Source: Candidatus Nitrosotenuis sp. (GTDB taxonomy: Archaea; Thermoproteota; Nitrososphaeria; Nitrososphaerales; Nitrosopumilaceae). From it: DNA of 37,522 bases. The DNA is taken from the NCBI GenBank assembly GCA_038869175.1, contig JAWCRP010000001.1, positions 1 through 37,522 of the forward strand. Reading direction: 5' to 3'. The translations under genes and the position numbers were made by a program. How positions within the stretch are numbered: the first letter of the stretch is position 1; each line of letters begins with the position of its first letter. Shown here piece after piece: positions 28,041 through 36,571 of this stretch. The notes beneath the pieces are model-generated. The model was not told the DNA's origin. It saw only the letters and a program-made list of their open reading frames with translations, and searched no databases.

Positions 28041-28367
28041 ATGCACGTAGAATACGAGGAATTCGAATCGATTCCAGACATCTTTTCCTACATGACATCC
28101 GTGATGCCGCCAATGAAGAATACTATGCCGATAAACTACTACAAAGGCTACGTCTTTGCATTCATACCGCTCACACATAGCAACGACAACGTCTATCTTA
28201 TGATATACACCAAGGGAAACCTGGATGGCAGAATACTAGAGTTTGACATCAACACAAACACATACCGCAAGGTACCGGCAATAGAGCGCGCAGACAAGAC
28301 CTACTTTATAGTATTGAGCCCAAAAAGAAACACGCTTGCCGATGTAGCAATTAAGACTTTACAGTAA
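28041..28367 (+). CDS. Small hypothetical protein
   Basis: 108 aa ORF with ATG and an ATATAAAC TATA-like box about 21-28 nt upstream; fills the intergenic gap exactly. Confidence 0.75.
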   Translation: MHVEYEEFESIPDIFSYMTSVMPPMKNTMPINYYKGYVFAFIPLTHSNDNVYLMIYTKGNLDGRILEFDINTNTYRKVPAIERADKTYFIVLSPKRNTLADVAIKTLQ

Positions 28368-29936
28368 TTATCGAGTATAGGTTGGCGCAGCAACTGATCT
28401 GCTTCTTGCGTACTTTTCCACGATATCTTCTGGTAGCTTGCCGTTAAACAGATCCTTGCACAGTCCGCGCAAATACCTCATGATGGCCCACGTTCCTGCC
28501 TTTATCAGGCCGTACATGAAGACCTTCATTGGCGGGCCATATGTCTTGTTTCGAAGTATTATTGGAACGATATCATTTATGACGCGCAGGTTGTTCTCCC
28601 AACATCTCCAAAACAGGGTGAACTGCGCCTCGTTGAGATTTCCAAAGTGCATCGAGTTTTTCTCCGAAAAGTCCTGGTAGAGAAGCGGCGCAACAAGTCC
28701 CCTAAAGTTGGTCTTTCTAAAGTCCTCAATTAGGTCTATTGTATACTGTGTCTCATCTGGTGTCTCATCTGGCCATCCAATAATTAGTGTGGCTGCCGGG
28801 AACCAGTGGTTTTCGTTCATTACTCTGGCTCCTTCCCTCACAACCCATCCCCATTCATCAGTTGAGAACGGCTTTGTCTTTACGCCAAGGTGTTTTTTGA
28901 CCATCCTTGGAGCCACAGTCTCTATTCCAAGATTTGTGGCAAGCCATCTTCCATTGGTGTGCATCTCATTTATCTCGGACATCTGCTTGAGCAATAACGG
29001 GTCTGCTGCAACCGCCGAAAACGTCATGTGAGTGGTGCCGACAAAGTTTGCTCCCATCGACTTGAGGCTGCGCCACAGCTCAGTTATTGCATCGCGATTT
29101 GGCTGAAAGTCCTTGTTGTCGCATCCGTAAAGCAGCATCTCATCTGAATGGAGCCAGATGGAATCAAAACCATAATCCAGATTTATCTTGGCCTCATGCT
29201 GCAGCCTCTCAATTGGAAGGTCCTTCTTTGATCTCTTGTTGACATCGCAAAAGTCGCATCCCCTGCCGCACCCTCTCATGGCCTCAATAAGCGAGTTGAC
29301 TGTAGGTCCTTCAATAATTGGAATATTTTGTATGTTCTTGACAAAGCAGTGCATCAATTCCGGTGCATCGCCTTTTTCCAAGTCCTTGAACAGGTCAAGT
29401 GCAAGCTCGTCTGCCTCGCCTACTACAACAGTATCGATTCCGTGAATCTTCATCCTGTCTGACTTTGCAAGCTCCCATGCGCCGTTGCCGCCAACTACAA
29501 CATGAAAGTCATACTTTTTCTTTAGCTGAATTATGTTTGCGCACATGCGCTTGAACTTCATCGCAACGTATGACAGCTTTTCTGGCGACATTGTGGTGGT
29601 AACGGGGGCCATTCCAAGAGGATCCATTACGTTGATTCCAACCACCTTTGTGTCAGGACCTATTGCCTTTTGAAGATAGTCCGGGTTTGCAACAAAGACC
29701 TCGTCTCTTTTGTATCCCTGTAATAGTGCGGACTCGACGCGTCTTAGGCCGACCTGGGCCACCTTTGCCTCACCGGTGTTCGGATCCGTCTCAACTGCAG
29801 GACAAAACACCTTGTCAAAGACCCACTCTGGAAGCAGCTCATAGGGGCCGCATGCTATAAAACCGTAAAGAAAGTTACCACGATAATTTGTCATAAGACT
29901 GCGGTCTGCAGTCAATACTATTCTCTTGCCAGCCAA
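28368..29936 (-). CDS. B12-binding radical SAM enzyme, probable GDGT ring synthase (Grs)-like
   Basis: CGRGCDFC (CX3CX2C); B12-domain motifs VVGINVMDPLG, VVVGGNGAW and VVVGEAD; N-terminal IVLTADRSLM and GLRRVESALL resemble the tetraether-lipid-modifying family (from recall). Confidence 0.8.
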   Translation of the reverse strand: MAGKRIVLTADRSLMTNYRGNFLYGFIACGPYELLPEWVFDKVFCPAVETDPNTGEAKVAQVGLRRVESALLQGYKRDEVFVANPDYLQKAIGPDTKVVGINVMDPLGMAPVTTTMSPEKLSYVAMKFKRMCANIIQLKKKYDFHVVVGGNGAWELAKSDRMKIHGIDTVVVGEADELALDLFKDLEKGDAPELMHCFVKNIQNIPIIEGPTVNSLIEAMRGCGRGCDFCDVNKRSKKDLPIERLQHEAKINLDYGFDSIWLHSDEMLLYGCDNKDFQPNRDAITELWRSLKSMGANFVGTTHMTFSAVAADPLLLKQMSEINEMHTNGRWLATNLGIETVAPRMVKKHLGVKTKPFSTDEWGWVVREGARVMNENHWFPAATLIIGWPDETPDETQYTIDLIEDFRKTNFRGLVAPLLYQDFSEKNSMHFGNLNEAQFTLFWRCWENNLRVINDIVPIILRNKTYGPPMKVFMYGLIKAGTWAIMRYLRGLCKDLFNGKLPEDIVEKYARSRSVAAPTYTR

Positions 29937-29991
29937 CTAAACATAGACTTCTAACATGGTATAAATTATTTTCCAAGATTTGCCTTAAATC

Positions 29992-30005
29992 CTAGATGCA
30001 TCTAG
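29992..30005. promoter_or_regulatory. Perfect 14-bp palindrome, putative operator of the VIT1 gene
   Basis: CTAGATGCATCTAG lies immediately downstream of a TTAAAT TATA-like box (29985-29990). Confidence 0.5.
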
Positions 30006-30013
30006 TCAAGACA

Positions 30014-30733
30014 TTGAAACCAGTAGAGCCTAGACACATGGAGCCGCATCTTACAGAATCAAGCGGAGTGCGGGATTTTGTTTTTGGATTCGGTGATGGC
30101 ATCAACACATCGCTTGGCATAGCCGCAGGTGTTGGCGGAGCAGATGTCTCATCCAATATAATCATACTTGCGTCGCTTGTAGGGATGTTCACCGGGGCAA
30201 AGGCAATGGCAGTCCAGAACTATCTTGCAGTCAAGGCCCAAAAAGAGCTTTTACGATCCGAGATTGCGCGCGAAGAGTGGGAAATAGAAAACATGCCAGA
30301 TGAGGAAAGAAAGGAGATAGAGGAGATCTACAAGGCAAAGGGATTCTCAGGAGAGCAGCTTGACATGGTAGTAGACAAGATAACTTCAAACAAAAAGGTC
30401 TGGCTTCAGACAATGCTGACAGAGGAACTACAGCTGAATCTTGAGGTGGTAGGAAATCCACTAAAGAGCGCATTTAGAATGTTTGGCGCATTCCTGCTTG
30501 GAGGAATACTTCCTATAATTCCGTTCTTCTTTTTGCACGGACACGCCCCTCTTTTGATTGCAATTGGAATCAGCCTATCAAGCTCGTTCATGGTAGGCGC
30601 AGCAAAATCAAAAATGGCAAAAACAAACATCATCAAAGGTGGCCTTGAGATGGCAGGACTTGGAACTGGAATTGCACTTGTCGGATTTGGCATCGGCACA
30701 GAGCTTGCAAATCTTGGGATTATTGATTTTTGA
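30014..30733 (+). CDS. VIT1/CCC1 family Fe/Mn transporter
   Basis: RDFVFGFGDG, AMAVQNYLA, Glu-rich cytosolic domain and GGILPIIPF. Start placed at TTG 30014 from TATA spacing; ATG 29996 is the alternative. Confidence 0.9.
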   Translation: MKPVEPRHMEPHLTESSGVRDFVFGFGDGINTSLGIAAGVGGADVSSNIIILASLVGMFTGAKAMAVQNYLAVKAQKELLRSEIAREEWEIENMPDEERKEIEEIYKAKGFSGEQLDMVVDKITSNKKVWLQTMLTEELQLNLEVVGNPLKSAFRMFGAFLLGGILPIIPFFFLHGHAPLLIAIGISLSSSFMVGAAKSKMAKTNIIKGGLEMAGLGTGIALVGFGIGTELANLGIIDF

Positions 30734-31493
30734 ATCTTGCCCTGTTTGCAATGTTTGCAGCAACGGCGCCTGCCCCAATTCCATTGTCGATGTTGACTAC
30801 AGAAAGTCCAAGTGTGCAGCTTTGCAGCATTGATGCAAGTGCTGCCACGCCCTTTTCGCCGTATCCGTATCCTACCGACGTTGGAAGTCCAACTACTGGA
30901 ACGTCGACAAGTGATGATACAACGGATGCAAGTGCCCCCTCCATACCTGCTGCAACTATGATGACATCAACGTCCTCCTCGATTAGCTTTTTTACAACAG
31001 GAAACATCCGATGCATCCCTGCAATTCCAATGTCATAACTGCATATACAAGTGCAGCTCATTGCCTCACACGTCAGCCTTGCCTCCTCGGCAACGCCGAT
31101 ATCTGACGTTCCTGCCGCAACAATTCCCACCTTTCCACCAGATGCGGCAAGCTTTTTGTATACAAGAACTGTGCTTGTGTTCTTGCCCTCTTTTATCTTG
31201 AATTTGTTTTTCCTTGCAAAATTGACCACCTTCTTGTAGTGTTTTTCTGGAATTCTGGATATGAGAACAGAGTCCGACCTTGAAAGCACCTTGAGCATTA
31301 TCTTTTTGACCTCATCAAGCTGTTTTCTTTCCGCAAGTACAACCTCAGGTATTCCCTTGCGATATTTTCTTCCTATGTCTATTTTGGCAAATTCTTCAAT
31401 CTTTTCAATGGAGTAAAGCGAGAGAAGCTTTTTTGCCTCGGCAACTCCAATGTCGCCATTCTTTAACGAATTTAAAACGTCGTGAATCTCCAA
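30720..31493 (-). CDS. larB: Nickel-pincer cofactor biosynthesis protein LarB
   Basis: RKGIPEVV, AGTSDIGVAEEA, AGMEGALASVV, PTSVGYG and SC..GLSVVNIDNG.GA motifs. Confidence 0.93.
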   Translation of the reverse strand: MEIHDVLNSLKNGDIGVAEAKKLLSLYSIEKIEEFAKIDIGRKYRKGIPEVVLAERKQLDEVKKIMLKVLSRSDSVLISRIPEKHYKKVVNFARKNKFKIKEGKNTSTVLVYKKLAASGGKVGIVAAGTSDIGVAEEARLTCEAMSCTCICSYDIGIAGMHRMFPVVKKLIEEDVDVIIVAAGMEGALASVVSSLVDVPVVGLPTSVGYGYGEKGVAALASMLQSCTLGLSVVNIDNGIGAGAVAANIANRARFKNQ

Positions 31494-31528
31494 CGGTATA
31501 CTGTCTACGTAGACTCTAAAAAAACTGA

Positions 31529-32437
31529 TCAGATGCCTGCAAGCGCAGACTTGATGCCGTTTGCACCCTTGTCAAACCATTCCTTCTCTTCTGGCAGAAG
31601 GTCAAGCTCTACTATCTTCTCAACTCCTCTTCTGCCAATTACTGCCGGAACTCCTATTGTTACATCAGAGTGGCCGTACTGCCCACTTAATGGCGTTGCA
31701 ACCGGGATGACCTTTCTTCTATTCTTTAGTATGGCTTCAACTATTGCAGAGATTGCATTTCCTGGCGCATGTACTGTGGCACCCTTTAGCTCAATTACCT
31801 TTGCAGCAACGCCCCGCGTGTCTTGGACTAGCTGGTCAAGCTTTTCCTTTGGAAGGATGCTTGAGAGTGGCATTCCTGCAACGGTGGAAAATCTTGGAAG
31901 CGGCAGCATGTTCTCGCCGTGCTCGCCTATCACAAGTGCCCTAATCGAGTCGCGTGAATATCCTGTTGCCTCGTGAATAAACTGAATAAATCTTGATAGG
32001 TCGAGCATGTTGCCCATGCCAACGATCCTTCCTGCCTCAAATCCGGACGTCTTGTACGTGATGTGCGCCATAGGATCAAGTGGGTTTGTAACAGGCACTA
32101 TTATCGAGTTGTCTGCATACTTTTTGATGTTCTCAACCACACCCTTTACAATTCCTGCGTTAATCTTCAAAAGGTCCATCCTTGTCATACCTGGCTTTCT
32201 TCCAGAGCCGGCAACTACTACTACTACGTCGGAGCCCTTCATGTCAGAATAATCATTTGATCCCCTGACGCGAACGTCTACTCCCTGTTCTGATAGCATG
32301 TGGTTTAGATCCATCGCCTCGCCCTGCGGCAGGCCATTTACAACATCCAAAAGCAAAATATCTGTGTCGACTCTGCGGAGCGCAGAAAACAGGGCAGCAT
32401 CTCCGCCAACTTTACCTGAGCCGATTATAGTAAGCAT
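31529..32437 (-). CDS. mdh: Malate dehydrogenase (LDH-like family)
   Basis: GSGKVG Rossmann motif, [11 protein letters not shown] (Arg at the specificity position), VTNPLD, LDLSRF and GEHGE. Confidence 0.92.
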   Translation of the reverse strand: MLTIIGSGKVGGDAALFSALRRVDTDILLLDVVNGLPQGEAMDLNHMLSEQGVDVRVRGSNDYSDMKGSDVVVVVAGSGRKPGMTRMDLLKINAGIVKGVVENIKKYADNSIIVPVTNPLDPMAHITYKTSGFEAGRIVGMGNMLDLSRFIQFIHEATGYSRDSIRALVIGEHGENMLPLPRFSTVAGMPLSSILPKEKLDQLVQDTRGVAAKVIELKGATVHAPGNAISAIVEAILKNRRKVIPVATPLSGQYGHSDVTIGVPAVIGRRGVEKIVELDLLPEEKEWFDKGANGIKSALAGI

Positions 32438-32537
32438 ACTGTGCGACTTTTGCGCTCAATAATTAAATCTATTGTGTGATTTGTAATCCCAAAACACCAA
32501 GCTGAGAATTTATATCCGCTTTACAGCTTGCTTTGTC

Positions 32538-33746
32538 ATGGTCGTCATAGTGGATTCACAGATTGCAGGAATATCCGGCGACATGTTGCTCTCATCACTT
32601 GTGCATCTTGGAGCATCCAAATCAAAAATAGTGAATGCAGCACTAACATCGCAGAACTATCTTCCAAATTCCAAAATAAAAAAAATCAACTTCAGGCAGG
32701 TCAACAAGCATGGAATACGCGCAACCTCGCTACTTCTCCAGCTGGACGAGCACCACCATGAAAGAAAGGCATCCCAGTTACGCACCTGTATTGTCAAGAC
32801 GGTAAAAAAACTCGGCCTCTCAGATGACGCATCACAATTTGCAGTCAACTCTATTGACACGCTAATTTTAGCAGAATCAAAAATACACGGGGTGCCAAAT
32901 GACTTGGTGCACTTTCATGAGGCATCAAGCATGGATACGGTGGTGGATATAGTAGGGTGTGCAACGGCCCTTGACGATCTTGGATATTTTGATCAGGAAA
33001 TTATTGCAACGCCTGTGGCAGTGGGCGGCGGCACGGTGACATTTTCGCATGGAACAGTATCAAATCCGGCAGGCGCCATACTTGAGATATTCAAAAAATC
33101 CGACATTGCAATATGCGGCAACGCATCAGGTGAGGAGCTTACAACGCCAACTGGCGCAAGCATGCTTGTAAATCTTGCAGATAGACACTCAGAGTTCTAC
33201 CCAATGATAAAGGTGGCCAAAGTAGGATACGGTGCAGGACAAAAAGACTTTGAGGGATTCTCAAACGTACTCAAAGTAGTTGAGGGCAAGTCATCTGAGA
33301 TGGGTGTGGACAGGGTGGCAATACTTGAAACCAACGTCGATGATGTATCAGGTGAGGCACTTGCACACGCAGTAGAAAAGATGATGCAGCATGGAGCAAA
33401 GGATGTCACAGTAATTCCGACGTTGACAAAGAAGGGAAGACCCGGACATGCGATCTCAGTAATATGTGATACATCGGCAGTCTCAAGCCTTGCAGCTTTG
33501 CTGGTATCTGAGACTGGAACTCTTGGAGTGAGGGTGAGATCGTCTGACAGATTCATAATATCGCGACAGATCCTAACTTTGCAGGTAAAACTGCGCAGCA
33601 AGACATTCTCTGTAAGATGCAAGATGGCAAACAACAAATTCAAGGTAGAATACGAGGACGTAAAGACGATCTCAAAACAACTTGGAATGCCGCTAAGACG
33701 AACCGAAGAATTAATCAAAGAAGAAGTAAAGAAACAGTTGAGATGA
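32538..33746 (+). CDS. larC: Nickel-pincer cofactor biosynthesis protein LarC (nickel insertase), single uninterrupted ORF
   Basis: AGISGDM, EHHHER, VHFHE, ELTTPTGA, GYGAG, LETNVDD, KKGRPG, ETGTLGVR and EYED motifs. Confidence 0.94.
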   Translation: MVVIVDSQIAGISGDMLLSSLVHLGASKSKIVNAALTSQNYLPNSKIKKINFRQVNKHGIRATSLLLQLDEHHHERKASQLRTCIVKTVKKLGLSDDASQFAVNSIDTLILAESKIHGVPNDLVHFHEASSMDTVVDIVGCATALDDLGYFDQEIIATPVAVGGGTVTFSHGTVSNPAGAILEIFKKSDIAICGNASGEELTTPTGASMLVNLADRHSEFYPMIKVAKVGYGAGQKDFEGFSNVLKVVEGKSSEMGVDRVAILETNVDDVSGEALAHAVEKMMQHGAKDVTVIPTLTKKGRPGHAISVICDTSAVSSLAALLVSETGTLGVRVRSSDRFIISRQILTLQVKLRSKTFSVRCKMANNKFKVEYEDVKTISKQLGMPLRRTEELIKEEVKKQLR

Positions 33747-34537
33747 GCAAGCTGAATTTATTATTGGATTGGTTTTCTGACAAGGACAGCGCAATAGTTG
33801 CACTGTCGGGAGGAGTCGACAGCGCCCTTGTCGCATACGCTGCCCACAAAACACTACAAGATGCTGCACTTGCAGTAACTGCCGACTACAAGACGCTTGC
33901 ACAGGAGGAGCTTGACTCTGCAAAGAAAATCTGCGCCGAGATTGGAATAAAACACAAGATAATATCGTACAGCGAGCTTGAAAACGAGGACTTTGTAAGA
34001 AACGACCAGAATAGGTGTTTTTACTGCCGGAGCGAGCTTGCAGAGCACCTCAACAGGATATCGCAACAGGAAAACATCCATCTAATTCTGGATGGTACGA
34101 ACGCAGATGATCTTGGGGAGTATAGACCGGGAATTGAGGCGCTAAAAAGCGGCGGCATCCGTAGCCCATTGCTTGAGGTGGGTCTGACAAAAGAGCAGGT
34201 TCGCAAGCTTGCAAGACAGGCCGGACTTTCAGTGTATGATCGTCCGTCAAACTCTTGTCTTGCATCAAGAATTCCGTGGGGCCAGCAGGTTACAGCAGAA
34301 AGGCTGGCGCGAATAGAGATGGGGGAGAGATTTGTAAGGCAGGCAACTGGGGCAAGGCAGATCCGAGTCCGCGACATGCAGGGTGTCGCAAAGATAGAGG
34401 TGGCAAAGGATGAGATTCCATTATTGCAGACAAACATTGCAGAACTCACAGAACAACTGGTCTCAATAGGATTTGTGTCGGTGCAAATAGATTCTGAAGG
34501 GTACAGGCCCGGCAAGATAAATGTGATCGCAGATTGA
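33743..34537 (+). CDS. larE: ATP-dependent sulfur transferase LarE
   Basis: PP-loop SGGVDS, RCFYC, DGTNADD..YRPG and SCLASRIP motifs; ATGA overlap with larC sets the start at 33743. Confidence 0.94.
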   Translation: MSKLNLLLDWFSDKDSAIVALSGGVDSALVAYAAHKTLQDAALAVTADYKTLAQEELDSAKKICAEIGIKHKIISYSELENEDFVRNDQNRCFYCRSELAEHLNRISQQENIHLILDGTNADDLGEYRPGIEALKSGGIRSPLLEVGLTKEQVRKLARQAGLSVYDRPSNSCLASRIPWGQQVTAERLARIEMGERFVRQATGARQIRVRDMQGVAKIEVAKDEIPLLQTNIAELTEQLVSIGFVSVQIDSEGYRPGKINVIAD

Positions 34538-35685
34538 TATACCTTGACCATGCCGCATCAACTCCGATGCGCGATGAAGTAATACAGGAGATGATGCCAT
34601 ATTTTAAAGAAAATTATGGCAACCCGTCATCAATTCACAGATATGGCAGGATGGCAACAAAAGCAATCGAGAACGCAAGAAAGAGAATTGCCGACTTGAT
34701 AAATGCACATCCTGACGAAATACTTTTCACATCTGGAGGAACTGAGTCAAACAACACGGCACTCTTTGGTGCAGTTCCGCCTAACGGCCAACTCATAACA
34801 TCCTCAATAGAACATGATGCTGTATTGGAGCCGTGCAAAAAACTGCATGCACAAGGATGCACTGTGAGATATCTCTCAGTGGACGGCCTTGGCACGGTAA
34901 ATCTTGATGATCTGAAAAACTCTATCACAAAATCAACATCGCTTGTGAGCATAATGTATGCAAACAACGAGGTGGGGACGGTTCAACCAATACGTGAGAT
35001 TGCCAAGTTGTGCCAAGAAAACTCGGTTCTGTTTCATTCTGATGCAGTGCAGGCTGCAGGCAAAATCCCAATCGATGTAAAGGAGATTGGAATTGACCTG
35101 ATGTCGATTTCATCCCACAAGATAAACGGACCAAAGGGTATTGGCGCGCTGTATGTAAAACGCGGAACAAAGCTTGCCCCATTCGTTCTTGGCGGAGGGC
35201 AAGAAAGCGGAATGCGTTCAGGAACCGAAAATGTGGCAAGCATAGTGGGATTTGGCAAGGCGTGCCAGATTGCCAAGGATGGCCTGGCGGAAAACTCGAC
35301 ACACATGAAATCGCTTTGCGACCGCCTAATAGAAAAGGTGACAGGCCAAATATCACACGTAACAGTCAACGGTCACAGACAGAACCGGCTGCCAAACAAT
35401 GCACACTTTACATTTCTTGGAGTAAACGGTGAGGATCTCATAATCAAGCTGGATGAGCATGGAATTGCAGCATCCACCGGCTCTGCATGCTCTGTAAAGA
35501 CGCAAAAGGCATCGCACGTGCTTGCCGCGATGGGTTTTTCCCACGAGCAGATAACCGGCTCGCTGCGACTTACTGTCGGGCTTGGAAACACAGAAGACGA
35601 AATAGACAAGACAGTTGACGCACTAAAGAAAATAGTTGTTGAGCTACGTGCAGTCTCGCCGTTTAAAGCAAAGTACGGCTTTTAG
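34534..35685 (+). CDS. iscS: Cysteine desulfurase (IscS/NifS type)
   Basis: IYLDHAAST, FTSGGTESNN, SSHKINGPKG (PLP Lys) and STGSACS (catalytic Cys); overlaps the larE stop. Confidence 0.93.
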   Translation: MIYLDHAASTPMRDEVIQEMMPYFKENYGNPSSIHRYGRMATKAIENARKRIADLINAHPDEILFTSGGTESNNTALFGAVPPNGQLITSSIEHDAVLEPCKKLHAQGCTVRYLSVDGLGTVNLDDLKNSITKSTSLVSIMYANNEVGTVQPIREIAKLCQENSVLFHSDAVQAAGKIPIDVKEIGIDLMSISSHKINGPKGIGALYVKRGTKLAPFVLGGGQESGMRSGTENVASIVGFGKACQIAKDGLAENSTHMKSLCDRLIEKVTGQISHVTVNGHRQNRLPNNAHFTFLGVNGEDLIIKLDEHGIAASTGSACSVKTQKASHVLAAMGFSHEQITGSLRLTVGLGNTEDEIDKTVDALKKIVVELRAVSPFKAKYGF

Positions 35686-36500
35686 AGTCTTGGAATTCTT
35701 TTTGCATAAATTATTGCGGCGGTGGTGCCTACAACAAGTATCATTGCGGCAATTGCGCCAAACTCTGGAACCACCCACGTTCCAATAATCTCAATGTCTG
35801 ATGCTCCGCGCTCAAACTGCACCGTAATTCTTCTAAACTCTGGATTTGTCGACGTCTCCTGATAAGGCACTTGGATTCCATCTATCTGTATTATGTAAGA
35901 GTCGTCGTTTCCACTGCGACCATCAGAACCTCTACGTGCATCAATGAGGCCTCGTTCAAGATCCAATACGAGTGAGCCATCGCCAGTGGCGTTTATCTGG
36001 ACTATCAGCGAGAACATGTCTGGGTCTATGAACATATTGGTAACAGTCCCGCCACGAATCGAGTATGGAACATCAAACGTGCCGCTGCTTCCTGGGATCT
36101 TGACATCAAATATGTTGGTGGCACCTGATGTGTCTTTTGTTTGGTATTCAAAATTTGACTCGTAGACATTGGTGCTAATTCCATATGTTGCTTTGATTGT
36201 GTACTTGCCACTGGTCCTAAAGTAAGAGCCGTCGGCAACAATTCTGTGAGTAAAACTTCCATCCTGTGACACATCGACCTGCGCCACCTCTACAAGATTC
36301 TGAAGTGGGTTGAAGACCTGGATTATGATGGGCGTCTTTTCAAGAACTACATCCACTTTGCCTGTGATTACTATCGTGTCGCCCTGCTCGTAAAAGCTGC
36401 GTGTGGTGCATATCCGGCATTCCGTTGTTTGCGCCTCAGCCTGCTCAAACACTACAAAAAATACAACTAGCGCAAAAATCAGGATGGCGTGTAGTTTCAC
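35682..36500 (-). CDS. PEFG-CTERM sorting domain surface protein
   Basis: C-terminal IEIIGTWVVPEFG plus TM helix and basic tail; signal peptide. Start placed at GTG 36500; the ORF track starts at 36518. Confidence 0.88.
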   Translation of the reverse strand: MKLHAILIFALVVFFVVFEQAEAQTTECRICTTRSFYEQGDTIVITGKVDVVLEKTPIIIQVFNPLQNLVEVAQVDVSQDGSFTHRIVADGSYFRTSGKYTIKATYGISTNVYESNFEYQTKDTSGATNIFDVKIPGSSGTFDVPYSIRGGTVTNMFIDPDMFSLIVQINATGDGSLVLDLERGLIDARRGSDGRSGNDDSYIIQIDGIQVPYQETSTNPEFRRITVQFERGASDIEIIGTWVVPEFGAIAAMILVVGTTAAIIYAKRIPRL

Positions 36501-36571
36501 AACAAAGCTGGCATGCAATTGTATATTTCCTTTTCGTGTGATTTGTCTAAAAAATGAAAAAAGTAGTGGCC

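Noticed and set aside
32538-33746. Programmed frameshift in larC
   Set aside because: The ORF is continuous and contains both the N- and C-terminal LarC motifs.
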